32,000 nucleotides of DNA, from positions 870,001 to 902,000 of the forward strand of contig NZ_CP006867.1 of the NCBI RefSeq assembly GCF_001481685.1, written 5' to 3'. Below the pieces are notes generated by a model, which searched no databases, was not told where the DNA came from, and saw nothing but the letters and a program-made list of their open reading frames with translations. The position numbers were made by a program, and so were the translations under genes. This DNA comes from Ignicoccus islandicus DSM 13165. GTDB taxonomy: Archaea > Thermoproteota > Thermoprotei_A > Sulfolobales > Ignicoccaceae. This document shows, in pieces, positions 8,543 to 17,482 of this stretch; the first letter of the stretch is position 1; each line of letters begins with the position of its first letter.

Positions 8543-8739
8543 CCACCTAGCAACAACATTCTGACTACCTTCTTGCTCCTTTCGGTTAATTTAATTAGAG
8601 GGAGGATAACCTCCTTCGCTATCTCTACTTGTTCTTCGTATTCCTCTTTCTTTGCCTTTAGCGTGTTCTTGGTTACGAATTCCTTTAACTTTTCGTCTAG
8701 TAGGAAGCCGAGAGATTCCTCTTCCCTTACCTTGGTCAT
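8539..8739 (-). CDS. Small hypothetical protein, translationally coupled between the PIN and USP genes
   Basis: 66 aa, charged and helical. There is a 1-nt gap to the upstream PIN gene and a 4-nt overlap with the USP start. Confidence 0.4.
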   Translation of the reverse strand: MTKVREEESLGFLLDEKLKEFVTKNTLKAKKEEYEEQVEIAKEVILPLIKLTERSKKVVRMLLLGG

Positions 8740-8740
8740 G

Positions 8741-9268
8741 TTACAACACCTCCTCTTTAATTATTTGGGAGAGCCTCTTAGGTGTAACTATTTGGATTTC
8801 CCTTAGACCCCTGTTAACGTTCACCCTATTGACGGCGCTCTCAACGCTCTTGCTCGCCATCCTCCTGCTGTCCCAAGAGACCACGTAGTCGGCCTCTGCC
8901 AACGTTGCAGACGCTAATACGAGTAAGTTAGCGAAGTACTTCTCAGATAGAACTCTCTCGTCCAAGTAAACGTTAGCTAGCTCTAACACCTTTTCGTGAT
9001 TGTCTTCAACGACCTTCACCCTGTATTTCCACATGGTATCTAGGACGTGCCTTAACCTGAACCAACCCATGTCGCCTAGGTACAGCAATTGCTCCAGTTC
9101 CAGTAGTATGGGCGTTCCTACTATTACCGTCCAGTCGGCTTGCTCTAAGAGCTTTAGGAACTCGACAGTTTCGTCGTGTAACTTATCTTCCAAGGCGGCA
9201 GCTGCTAGTAGAACGTTTCCGTCGAGATAGACCTTCTTCTCGATTTTAGCCAAACGCCTCCACCACAC
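8741..9268 (-). CDS. PIN-domain protein (VapC-like nuclease fold)
   Basis: KKVYLDGNVLLAAA carries the N-terminal PIN Asp. Also present are TPILLELEQ and, near the C-terminus, ADYVVSWDSR. The real start may be the TTG at 9253 (MAKIEKKVYLD). Confidence 0.55.
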   Translation of the reverse strand: MWWRRLAKIEKKVYLDGNVLLAAAALEDKLHDETVEFLKLLEQADWTVIVGTPILLELEQLLYLGDMGWFRLRHVLDTMWKYRVKVVEDNHEKVLELANVYLDERVLSEKYFANLLVLASATLAEADYVVSWDSRRMASKSVESAVNRVNVNRGLREIQIVTPKRLSQIIKEEVL

Positions 9269-9916
9269 GTGGTTTCAATTGAGGGATATATTAGAGTGGG
9301 CATGTCCCTTAGAGTGTCCTTAATATTCGCCTTCGCCAAAGGCGTTCCGGGTACTACATTGATACACATAGAGCTCCTCGAAGACGGCAGCGGGTTAACG
9401 AAAAGCGACTTGAAAGGAACGGTCTTCCCGAAGAGGAAGACGGACGAAGGCTACGTGCTCCATCCAATAGAAATAGCGTACTTATTGTTTACTGGAAAGG
9501 GCATTGCATTTTATAAAGAGAAGGAACTGAGCTTCATTGATTACATTGGTTGGGTACTAAGGAAGTTAGAGGGTTGTAATTGCCCACTAGAGAGGACGTT
9601 CTGGTCCATGTTTACTGTATATTATGACTTGAGGAAGAGAAATAGGAAGGTGCTAGTTGAGGTTAGGAGGGATGGGACCTTAATTGAAGTCAGGAGAGAC
9701 AAGTGGTGGACTGAATACTTAGTATTGGAGGAAGGGATCGTTATAACGGTGAACGATTTGCTAGAGTGGGTAGAGGAGGTCAGGGCGAACGATCTAAGGG
9801 GCGTTGTAGCTGTAGTAGATAGGAACGGTAGCGTAACTTACTACGAGGCTTCGAAGGTATACCTCAAGGGACCCGATAGACCTTCGGTAATAGATTTGCT
9901 TTCCTCAATCTCTTAG
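9269..9916 (+). CDS. tRNA-splicing endonuclease family protein, probably the non-catalytic structural (beta) subunit
   Basis: LHPIEIAYLLFTGK and FTVYYDLRKRNRKV resemble the EndA motifs (EA.yL, vY.DLr.rG). The region equivalent to the catalytic His segment reads WTEYLVLEEG, with no His. The start may be the ATG at 9302. Confidence 0.45.
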   Translation: MVSIEGYIRVGMSLRVSLIFAFAKGVPGTTLIHIELLEDGSGLTKSDLKGTVFPKRKTDEGYVLHPIEIAYLLFTGKGIAFYKEKELSFIDYIGWVLRKLEGCNCPLERTFWSMFTVYYDLRKRNRKVLVEVRRDGTLIEVRRDKWWTEYLVLEEGIVITVNDLLEWVEEVRANDLRGVVAVVDRNGSVTYYEASKVYLKGPDRPSVIDLLSSIS

Positions 9917-10580
9917 CTACACTAGGGTAAAGCGTCAAGACTTCGGGTTCGACTTCGACCAAAGCCGGGTGTATTTCAGCTAACCTCTCGATGAACTCTT
10001 TGGGATCACCGTAACCGAGAACAACGGCCGCCCTTAGTCTAGGAGGTTCGAGACCATATCTAACTAACGACTCGAAGGCCCTAACTACGTAATCGAAGGC
10101 CTCTTCCCTAGCCCCCGTTACCTTGGAAAACGTCTTCGGGTCTGGTGCTTTCACCGATATCCTCACGAGGAGGTTGTCGAAGGACGCTAGGCGTTTGGCC
10201 AAGTCTTCATCGTATCCTATTAGTATACCATTAGTTTCTAGCACGAACAAGTATTTCCTTGTTACGAGACGTATTACCTCTATTAAGTGTTCTTTACAAA
10301 GGGTTGGTTCCCCTCCAGTCAGCCTAACTATATAGTAGCCTCGAGATTTCGCTATTCGATCTAGTTTCTCAGCCACTTCTTCAGGACTGTAGAACTCACC
10401 TATATCAGTTCTAACGCTGCCCTTGCTCCAACAGAAGACGCATCTGAGGTTGCATCCCACCACGTCAGCAGCAGCGCTCCCGCCGTAGAAGCGACCGCCC
10501 CTAAATCGGTAATACTTCCTCTTTTCTCCTTTGCAAACTTCCTTTTCGACTGCCTCAGTTAACTGGATGGGATCGAACAT
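9864..10580 (-). CDS. Radical SAM protein (small archaeal PflA/QueE-like activase type)
   Basis: 238 aa. GCNLRCVFCWS is the CxxxCxxC cluster motif, and RLTGGEPTL is the SAM-binding motif. Confidence 0.8.
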   Translation of the reverse strand: MFDPIQLTEAVEKEVCKGEKRKYYRFRGGRFYGGSAAADVVGCNLRCVFCWSKGSVRTDIGEFYSPEEVAEKLDRIAKSRGYYIVRLTGGEPTLCKEHLIEVIRLVTRKYLFVLETNGILIGYDEDLAKRLASFDNLLVRISVKAPDPKTFSKVTGAREEAFDYVVRAFESLVRYGLEPPRLRAAVVLGYGDPKEFIERLAEIHPALVEVEPEVLTLYPSVAKRLRKANLLPKVYRVP

Positions 10581-10587
10581 CGCTTCA

Positions 10588-10965
10588 TCAATCCTGACTG
10601 ACGAAAAGGGAGGCGGGCCTCTCCCTAATCTCTATTTTCAAGAACCTCCTCACGTTCACGTCGTTACTTTCCATTGCCTTTATAACTCCGTCTTCCAGTT
10701 TCCTTATCTTGTCGGCGCTCAGCTCGCCCGCTATATCTATGTCCGTCAGTATTACTCCTCTGGGCGTTCTAAAGCTCCTCACGGAAACTAACTGATTATC
10801 AGTAATTTCGCTTATAGCAGCCATTACGTCTCTCCAGAACCCCGAAGGGAACCACCTACCGAACAACCTTATTCTAGTTACTTTGGTGATGCCGTATCGT
10901 TGTTCGCCTTGGAGTTGACCTTCCTCAGGAACGCTCCTACCTTGATACGTTGGAGTAGCCGCCAA
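10588..10965 (-). CDS. Hypothetical protein, co-directional with and 7 nt upstream of the radical SAM gene
   Basis: 125-aa ORF with a TTG start. A TATA-like AGTATATATAC (minus strand, ~11003-11012) lies upstream. An alternative ATG at 10824 would give 78 aa. Confidence 0.45.
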   Translation of the reverse strand: MAATPTYQGRSVPEEGQLQGEQRYGITKVTRIRLFGRWFPSGFWRDVMAAISEITDNQLVSVRSFRTPRGVILTDIDIAGELSADKIRKLEDGVIKAMESNDVNVRRFLKIEIRERPASLFVSQD

Positions 10966-11026
10966 CGTCGTTATCCCTTCATTGATATCGCCGAACTTGG
11001 GGTATATATACTTGGCAACTTCGCTC

Positions 11027-12253
11027 TCATTGCCTTACGTCGCTCTTGACCTCCTCCACGTTTACTCTACTCAGAGCAGCGATACCGCTCAAGCCAACTA
11101 GACCAGCTAGAACGAACGTGTATCCTCCATCGAGCCCTTGCGCTTCTAGGAACCTGTATATGAAGGCGCCTAACGAGGGACCTATTATCATTCCTAGGTT
11201 AAAGAATGCTTGTTGCATTCCGAAGACCTTCGCGGTAATTTCCTTGGGTATAACGTCGCTTAACAAGCTCCTTAGAAGGGGTAATAGAACGTTGGAAAAG
11301 ACGTTTATTATTGATAGTACGATAAAGGCTATTGGGAAAGACTTAGAGAACGGGAGCAGCATGAAGCTCACTTTGTGAAGCGTACCGCTAATTATTAAGA
11401 GCTCGAACTTCTTCTCTATATCAAGTGCGTTGATCTTTTTCATGAACGGCATCGTAACAATTATTGAGACTAAACCGGACCCGGCCAGTAACGCAGAGAG
11501 CATGGCGGGGATCGAGGTCACGTATTGCATAATGTAAACAATCGAGACGCTCATTAACATTCCTGCCGCGACTCCGTTTATGAATCCATTGAAAAAGAAG
11601 ACGTAAACTGCGTTTAGAACCTTAGATTTGAGCTCCTTTATCTTCATGTTACTCTTGTTCCTCAGCTCAGGAATAGAGTAAACGGTAGCCAATCCCAATA
11701 GGGCGCCGATAGGCAATAGGAGGAAAGGTATTCTGATACCCAATTCCAAGGGTACGTGAGCTGAAAGCTGTAATATCGAACCCCCTAAAGCGGGGCCTAT
11801 TACGAATCCTATGTTCATCGCCATTACATATAACATTAAAGCCTTCGTTTTCTCTGAAGGTACTGACAAAACTATAATCGATTCTGCAACGGGCCATACC
11901 AAGGCGGAAGCGAAGCCTTGGAGGGCCCTCGCAATTAATACTTCCATGAAGTCCTTGGAGATAAGAAGCTCGAGGCCAGTCAAGAAATAGAGAATTAAGC
12001 CTATAAGTATGGAGCGCTTGTACCCTATTCTCTCTGCTATATAACCGGAGGCGAAGGCCACGCCTACTCTAGTTATCATGAAGGCCGAGGTAAGTACGCC
12101 TACCTCTACCGCGACCTTCTGCGCAGGTAATAGTTCCTCTAATAGTGAAGGTAGCGATCCCTTGAAATATAGGAGTAAGTAAGGTATCGCGACGTTCGTC
12201 GCAGCGAAGGTGGCGCTTATTATGAACGAAAGCGCAACCAGTCTCGTCCACAC
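11027..12253 (-). CDS. MFS-type transporter
   Basis: About 12 hydrophobic segments with a central loop (ELRNKSNMKIKELKSK). The ORF track extends to a GTG at 12385, but that extension is non-hydrophobic and overlaps the divergent cas4. I prefer the GTG at 12253 (MWTRLVALSFII...). Confidence 0.7.
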   Translation of the reverse strand: MWTRLVALSFIISATFAATNVAIPYLLLYFKGSLPSLLEELLPAQKVAVEVGVLTSAFMITRVGVAFASGYIAERIGYKRSILIGLILYFLTGLELLISKDFMEVLIARALQGFASALVWPVAESIIVLSVPSEKTKALMLYVMAMNIGFVIGPALGGSILQLSAHVPLELGIRIPFLLLPIGALLGLATVYSIPELRNKSNMKIKELKSKVLNAVYVFFFNGFINGVAAGMLMSVSIVYIMQYVTSIPAMLSALLAGSGLVSIIVTMPFMKKINALDIEKKFELLIISGTLHKVSFMLLPFSKSFPIAFIVLSIINVFSNVLLPLLRSLLSDVIPKEITAKVFGMQQAFFNLGMIIGPSLGAFIYRFLEAQGLDGGYTFVLAGLVGLSGIAALSRVNVEEVKSDVRQ

Positions 12254-12277
12254 TTTAATGACCCGAGGGCTTAGAGG

Positions 12278-12877
12278 GTGGTCGGATTGAAGAAGGGTGC
12301 AGTAAGGGGAAACGCTCTTAGGGTAAGGCCATCTGACCTGAGAACTATGGCTTTCTGCCCACGGCTCTTGTTCTTCGAAGTTCACGTGCCCCGGGAAAGG
12401 GGGATTGCGGAGCTATTGAGGCTCTACGCCGGCAAAGTGTGGCACTTCCTAATAGAGCTCTTCTCAGAAGGTGAGGACGAGGTTGCAGCGGAAGGGGCCT
12501 TCGGTGGGGCCCTTTTGAAGGGAAGGGCTGACTTAGTTAGGGACGATGCAATAGTAGAGATCAAGAGCGGGAGGGGACCTAGGGAAGGCGTGTGGTACGG
12601 AGACTTCCTCCAAGCCTCGGCTTACGCGTTCGTCTTGGGTAAAAGGAAGATAGTTATCAAGTATAGAGATAAGGAGGTCGAGATGGCTTTGAAAGAAAAC
12701 CATGAAATTGAATTGGTTGAAGCAATCAAGTTGTTGAAAATGATAATTGAAGGGTACTTACCTCCCCCTAAAAGGAATAGTTGGTGCTCCAAATGTCCAT
12801 ATAGAGAATTCTGTGACGCCCTGGGCGAGGAAGGCGACGATTGGTTCCCTAAATTGCCTTGGGTTAAGACTTCATGA
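12278..12877 (+). CDS. cas4: Stand-alone Cas4-family PD-(D/E)xK nuclease with 4-Cys Fe-S motif
   Basis: 199 aa. Features: N-terminal Cys (SDLRTMAFCPRLLFFE), GRADLV...IVEIKSG (D...EhK), QASAYAFVL (QxxxY) and the C-terminal CSKCPYREFC. Confidence 0.75.
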   Translation: MVGLKKGAVRGNALRVRPSDLRTMAFCPRLLFFEVHVPRERGIAELLRLYAGKVWHFLIELFSEGEDEVAAEGAFGGALLKGRADLVRDDAIVEIKSGRGPREGVWYGDFLQASAYAFVLGKRKIVIKYRDKEVEMALKENHEIELVEAIKLLKMIIEGYLPPPKRNSWCSKCPYREFCDALGEEGDDWFPKLPWVKTS

Positions 12878-13274
12878 GGTTCGACCACTTCTGGTAGAAC
12901 TCCCTTATTCTCTTCCTCGTCTCTTCCTTTAATTGGGGCGGACCGCTCAATCGTAGGGAGCTACCGGCGACGTTTAAGTGTACGTCGTAGAGCACGTAGA
13001 GCCAATCTACCATTGTTAGACCATATATCACCAACATGTTAGCCCTGTCATCGTAAGCCACCATTGCCGCTACGGTACCGCTCTTCCTAGCTAACTTCTT
13101 GAACACGTCCAAGTCCTCTATTAAAGCCGAGGCGGCAGTTCCGTGATGAGGTATGTCTAGGTGATCAGTAACTACAATGGTAACTCCTTCGGAACGCAGC
13201 TCCTCCAAAGCCTTATCGAATTCATCCAATGCCCTTATTGCTTTCGATCTTAACATTCTCTTACTCACCCGCAT
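12864..13274 (-). CDS. Hypothetical protein
   Basis: 136-aa ORF with an ATG start and a stop immediately upstream in frame. Its 3' end overlaps cas4 convergently by 14 nt. Confidence 0.5.
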   Translation of the reverse strand: MRVSKRMLRSKAIRALDEFDKALEELRSEGVTIVVTDHLDIPHHGTAASALIEDLDVFKKLARKSGTVAAMVAYDDRANMLVIYGLTMVDWLYVLYDVHLNVAGSSLRLSGPPQLKEETRKRIREFYQKWSNLMKS

Positions 13275-13517
13275 TTAAACGCTACGTAACTGATTCAAAG
13301 TCTTTGGGTTAATTTTCCTAACTTCGGAGCGGGATCAGTGAGAGGAAGACTACGTCATTCAGAACTTCCGCGAAGGGCGTGTTCATCATTTCCTCGGCTC
13401 CCGTGGACTCCTCATTCGAAAATCGGGCCCCATAGGGTTCCTCATCGCATGCGTAAGATCACAGCATAATGTTATTTAAATACTTTTCAGTAAGATCTAG
13501 CTACATGGTGAAGAGGT

Positions 13518-13799
13518 ATGAAGAGAATTAGGATAAGGTTTACTAAAGCTAAGTGGCCCGCTAAGGCCCTAGCTCAAGTCCTAAGCGCAATCGCGGAAGA
13601 GTATCCTGACAACGAGGTATTGCTAGTTAAGGCCGGTCAAAACGTTCCAATATTAGACATAAACATATACGTGGAGGAGGAAGACGAAGAAAAGCTCAAG
13701 GAGCTAGAAAAGAAGATATTGAGTATCCTTGCTGAGAACGACATTAGCCACGTGGTTTACAAGGGAGTTAAAGTGTTTGATGTAGAAAGCAATTCCTAG
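13518..13799 (+). CDS. Small hypothetical protein
   Basis: 93 aa with an ATG start. A TATA-like TTATTTAAATA lies ~40 nt upstream (13470-13482). Confidence 0.5.
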   Translation: MKRIRIRFTKAKWPAKALAQVLSAIAEEYPDNEVLLVKAGQNVPILDINIYVEEEDEEKLKELEKKILSILAENDISHVVYKGVKVFDVESNS

Positions 13800-13857
13800 C
13801 TTCCTGTACTGAAAGTATCGAGAATCACTCGCAGTACTTAAATACGATAAGAGCCTT

Positions 13858-14397
13858 ATGATAGACTTGGGACACGGGGAAATGGCCGGTTCGAGTAACC
13901 AAATAACGTTGAGTGAGAACGAAAAGAAGGCTTTGAAGCTAATAATTGAGGCTGGCGAAGAAGGCCTCCTCCAGCAAGACCTGTGGAAGATGCTGGGCAT
14001 CGATAGTAGGGACGGATCTAGAATAGCGCTGAGGTTAGCTAAGAAGAAGCTAATCTATAGGGAGCTAGTAACCATAAAGGGTAGGAAGACCTATCGTCTA
14101 ACGGCTTTAGTCGATAAGATACCAGAGGAAGAGGAGGAAAAGAAAGAGGAAAAGAGCGAAACCAAGTACGTTAGAAGGCCTCCGAGGCCCGTTAGGTTAA
14201 ACGTAAAAGTTAGCATGAAGCTCGTTTCCACTGTTCCATGCGCTACGTGTCCTAACCTACAGAGGTGTGCAAAGGGACAGTTTTACGATCCAACTAAGTG
14301 TAAGAAGCTCAACCAATGGCTACAGAGATTAGCTGTTAAATTACAACAAAAGAAGTCTGCCAAGCAAGAATCTCGTGCAGTCGAGGCGACGGCTTAG
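13858..14397 (+). CDS. Winged-helix plus 4-Cys domain protein, TFE-beta / RPC34-like transcription factor
   Basis: 179 aa. N-terminal wHTH (LSENEKKALKLIIEAGEEGLLQQDLWKMLGIDSRDGSRIALRLAKKKLIYRE), an acidic/basic linker, then four Cys (CATCPNLQRC...C). This matches the architecture described for crenarchaeal TFE-beta. Confidence 0.55.
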   Translation: MIDLGHGEMAGSSNQITLSENEKKALKLIIEAGEEGLLQQDLWKMLGIDSRDGSRIALRLAKKKLIYRELVTIKGRKTYRLTALVDKIPEEEEEKKEEKSETKYVRRPPRPVRLNVKVSMKLVSTVPCATCPNLQRCAKGQFYDPTKCKKLNQWLQRLAVKLQQKKSAKQESRAVEATA

Positions 14398-15025
14398 GTA
14401 ACTCAGCAACTTTGTATTTAATTCTGTAACCACATTTCCTACACTGAGGTCCATCCCAAGCAATAAGTCTCCCCATTTCCCTTATTGCGTTAGGCGTCTT
14501 GCATCTCGGACACCTGGTATCCTCCCTCAACGGTTGATCGTGATTATATACGTAATAGTATCCCTGCCTCTCGTAGAGCTCCTCGTATATTTCGTACTTG
14601 AACGTATGTATTGGAACTTCCTTAGGAACCCTTTCAGCTTCTTGGAAGGAGTTCACTGCAACTTCAAGCCATTCCCTCTTTGGGACGTCTTTTAACGGAG
14701 ATGCTAGGAAGAGGTTTGCTTCCTCAGGGAGATTTAATGGTTCAACGTACCTTACGCTTACGTAATAACCTTCTTCGATGAGCTTCTCGGCTGCTTCTGT
14801 TGGAAGGGGGCCGTCGAAGACGATGTGCCTAACTTTGTAACTATCGGCCTTATGCATTATTTCTTCTAAGTAGTATTCCTTTCCATAAGTACCTTGCAAC
14901 TCCGGAACTGTTGCGGGAGGGTTCCATTGAAGGACTACGTGCAAGGCTATTGAACCGGGTAGGTAGTGATATATATACAGTCTCTCTACGTACGTTAGTT
15001 CGCCTAACGCTATCCTTAACTTCAT
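14336..15025 (-). CDS. Hypothetical protein with C-terminal zinc ribbon
   Basis: 229 aa with CPRCKT...CRKCG near the C-terminus. It overlaps the TFE-beta-like gene convergently by 62 nt. Confidence 0.55.
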   Translation of the reverse strand: MKLRIALGELTYVERLYIYHYLPGSIALHVVLQWNPPATVPELQGTYGKEYYLEEIMHKADSYKVRHIVFDGPLPTEAAEKLIEEGYYVSVRYVEPLNLPEEANLFLASPLKDVPKREWLEVAVNSFQEAERVPKEVPIHTFKYEIYEELYERQGYYYVYNHDQPLREDTRCPRCKTPNAIREMGRLIAWDGPQCRKCGYRIKYKVAELPKPSPRLHEILAWQTSFVVI

Positions 15026-15076
15026 GGAGATCCCAGTTTAAAACTCTTCGAATACACTTATGAGCAGGGAAGCTCA

Positions 15077-15790
15077 GTGAGCGACGAGCAGCGTCTAGTA
15101 GTACCTGGCGAGCTAATAGCGAAGAAGACCGAGAAGCTGAAGATAAATCCTAGAAGCTACATGTATATACACATAGTAGGCGATAAGATATACGCGGCCG
15201 TTCCAGCTGTGGTTATATTAAGAGAGGACGAGCTGAACGTTATACCCCTAGAGAGCACGTACGTGCCCAAACAGGGCGATTTAGTAATAGGCCTCGTTCG
15301 AACGTACATGATATCCCACTGGGAACTGGACATAAACTCCCCCTATCCGGGGATATTGCACGCTAGCAACGTCCTCGGAAGGCCCTTCATACCGGGTAAA
15401 GATGAGCTAAAGGACTACTTAGATATTGGAGATTACGTATTAGCGAAGGTGGAGAGCTTCAATAGACTCAAGGACCCCGTTCTAACCGTTAGAGGAGACA
15501 AGAAGCTAGGCAGAATAACTCGCGGTAAGATAATAGAAATAGAGCCATCGAGGATTCCTAAGGTAGTTGGGAGAAAGGGGAGCATGTTAAACATCATAAA
15601 GGGCGATACCGGTTGCGAAGTGGAAGTCGCTGCCAATGGGAGGATTTGGGTAAGTTGTCCGAACGAGGAGTTAGAGGACATAGTGACGTTAGCCATTAAG
15701 CTAATAGAAAAAGAAGCCTTCACTGCTAAGCTCGCAGAGAAGGTTAGAGTTCTAATCGCTGACGAAAAGCATGAGAGGGGATTAATTTGA
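15077..15790 (+). CDS. rrp4: Exosome complex RNA-binding subunit Rrp4 (S1 + KH)
   Basis: 237 aa. S1-like GDLVIGLV...W.LDI and [32 protein letters not shown]. It is directly followed by rrp41 and rrp42. Confidence 0.85.
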   Translation: MSDEQRLVVPGELIAKKTEKLKINPRSYMYIHIVGDKIYAAVPAVVILREDELNVIPLESTYVPKQGDLVIGLVRTYMISHWELDINSPYPGILHASNVLGRPFIPGKDELKDYLDIGDYVLAKVESFNRLKDPVLTVRGDKKLGRITRGKIIEIEPSRIPKVVGRKGSMLNIIKGDTGCEVEVAANGRIWVSCPNEELEDIVTLAIKLIEKEAFTAKLAEKVRVLIADEKHERGLI

Positions 15791-16515
15791 GCGGTGGAAA
15801 GGCACCGTTTCCCTTATTCAAAGACGGTAAGAGGCATGACGGAAGGGGTCCGCTAGACCTAAGACCGATTGAAATGAAAGTAGGAATTCTCCACAACGCC
15901 AACGGCTCGGCTTGGGTCAAGTTCGGAGGAACTGAAGTAATTGCAGCAGCTTACGGACCGAGGGAACCGCCCAAGTTCATGAGCTTGCCCGATAGGGCCT
16001 TGCTAAGGTGTAGATACCACATGGCGCCCTTCAGTACAGACGAAAGAAAGAGTCCAGCTCCTTCAAGGAGGGAAGTGGAGCTCTCGAAGGTAATTAGAGA
16101 GGCGCTCGAACCAATAGTCTTGACCCAGCTCTTCCCTAGAACCGTAATAGACGTGTTCGTAGAGGTAATTCGAGCAGATGGCGGTACCAGAACTGCTGCA
16201 ATTACGGCAGCTTCCCTAGCTTTGGCAGACGCCGGAATACCCATGAAGGACCTAGTTGCGGGCGTCGCAGTAGGCAAGGTCGATGGTCACTTGGTATTGG
16301 ACATTGATCAAATAGAAGACAACTACGGTGAGGCGGACATGCCGGTGGCTGGCGCTGTCAGCTTGAACAAGGTCGTGTTACTCCAACTAAACGGAAAGTT
16401 ATCACCGAAGGAGTTCGATGAAGCGATGAAAATGGCTTGGATTGGGATTAAGAAAATTTATGAAATGGAGAAGAACGCGTTAAAGGAAAGCATTAAGAAG
16501 GAGGTGGTGTTCTAA
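15787..16515 (+). CDS. rrp41: Exosome complex exonuclease Rrp41 (RNase PH domain)
   Basis: 242 aa. [32 protein letters not shown] and [21 protein letters not shown] are present. The start overlaps the rrp4 stop. Confidence 0.9.
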   Translation: MSGGKAPFPLFKDGKRHDGRGPLDLRPIEMKVGILHNANGSAWVKFGGTEVIAAAYGPREPPKFMSLPDRALLRCRYHMAPFSTDERKSPAPSRREVELSKVIREALEPIVLTQLFPRTVIDVFVEVIRADGGTRTAAITAASLALADAGIPMKDLVAGVAVGKVDGHLVLDIDQIEDNYGEADMPVAGAVSLNKVVLLQLNGKLSPKEFDEAMKMAWIGIKKIYEMEKNALKESIKKEVVF

Positions 16516-17354
16516 TGTCAATAACCCCCTTTAACGTGCCTATAATACCAAGGCTTAAGAGGGAAACTTTTCTTTCCTTATTAAAGAAAGGCGTTAGGTT
16601 GGATAAGAGGAGGTTAAATCAGTTCAGGCCTATCACTATAGAGTACGGAGTAGCCACTAAGGCCCACGGGAGCGCGTTAGTAAGTATAGGCAATACCAAG
16701 GTACTAGTAGGCGTTAAGATCGAACCGGGTAGACCCTTCCCAGACTTACCGGAGGAAGGGGTATTGAACGTAAACGCCGAGCTCGTGCCCTTGGCATCGC
16801 CGGAGTTCGAACCAGGACCTCCAGACGAGAACGCTATAGAATTAGCTAGGGTAGTGGATAGAGCCCTAAGGGAAACCCCCGTCCTAGACACCTCCCAGCT
16901 AGTTCTAATACCAGGAGAAAAGGTTTGGGTAGTATGGGTCGACATATACGTCCTCGATCACGATGGTAACCTCTTCGATGCGGCTATGTTAGCTTCCATG
17001 GCAGCGTTGTTGAACGCGAAGATACCTGAGCACGAGGTTAAGGAGGACGGAACCGTCGAAATAACCGGTCCACCCACCTATCCATTACCAATAATCAACA
17101 AGGTAGTTAGCGTTACCTTAGGCGTAATAGACGACTCCTTTATAGTAGACCCTAACTTAGAAGAGGAAAACATAATTGATGGAAAGGTGTTCTTTGCGTT
17201 CGATGAGGCCGGTAACGTAGTTGGAATACAAAAGAGCGGTCCAGCGTGGATAGATTTCAAGAAGGTTCAAGTTGGCTTTAACATAGCTAGGAGTCTCTAC
17301 CAACACCCTCTGAAAATACTACTATCTAGCTTAGAAGGTCCCAAGACGCAATAA
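16515..17354 (+). CDS. rrp42: Exosome complex subunit Rrp42 (RNase PH-like, non-catalytic)
   Basis: 279 aa. RLDKRRLNQFRPI and HGSALVSIGNTKVLVGVK are present. The start overlaps the rrp41 stop. Confidence 0.85.
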   Translation: MSITPFNVPIIPRLKRETFLSLLKKGVRLDKRRLNQFRPITIEYGVATKAHGSALVSIGNTKVLVGVKIEPGRPFPDLPEEGVLNVNAELVPLASPEFEPGPPDENAIELARVVDRALRETPVLDTSQLVLIPGEKVWVVWVDIYVLDHDGNLFDAAMLASMAALLNAKIPEHEVKEDGTVEITGPPTYPLPIINKVVSVTLGVIDDSFIVDPNLEEENIIDGKVFFAFDEAGNVVGIQKSGPAWIDFKKVQVGFNIARSLYQHPLKILLSSLEGPKTQ

Positions 17355-17358
17355 AAAA

Positions 17359-17386
17359 TGTTTTTGAAGGGAGCGTTGCTTCAAAA
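17359..17386 (+). terminator. Possible terminator: T5 tract plus 8-bp hairpin (TTTTGAAG-N9-CTTCAAAA) after rrp42
   Basis: Read directly from the sequence, 5 nt after the rrp42 stop. Archaeal termination commonly uses oligo-T tracts. Confidence 0.3.
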
Positions 17387-17482
17387 CGGACTTCTAGTGA
17401 GCGCAGCTCGAGCGTTTATCCCTATCTAGAAATACTATACATATAAGGGATAAGTGCGTAGCTCTATTGAGGAATGAGTTAA

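Noticed and set aside
12254-12385. 44-codon N-terminal extension of the MFS transporter ORF (MNFEEQEPWAESHSS...)
   Set aside because: It is non-hydrophobic and starts at a GTG that overlaps 108 nt of the divergent cas4 gene. A GTG at 12253 sits directly before the first TM helix and is more plausible.
13335-13389. Possible C/D-box sRNA on the minus strand: AATGATGA - 20 nt - CTGA - 20 nt - CTGA in the 243-nt intergenic region
   Set aside because: The box spacing does not fit the archaeal rule of ~12-nt guides between C and D' and between C' and D. No convincing C' box is present (ATGACG at best), and the terminal stem is weak. It is worth only a covariance-model scan.
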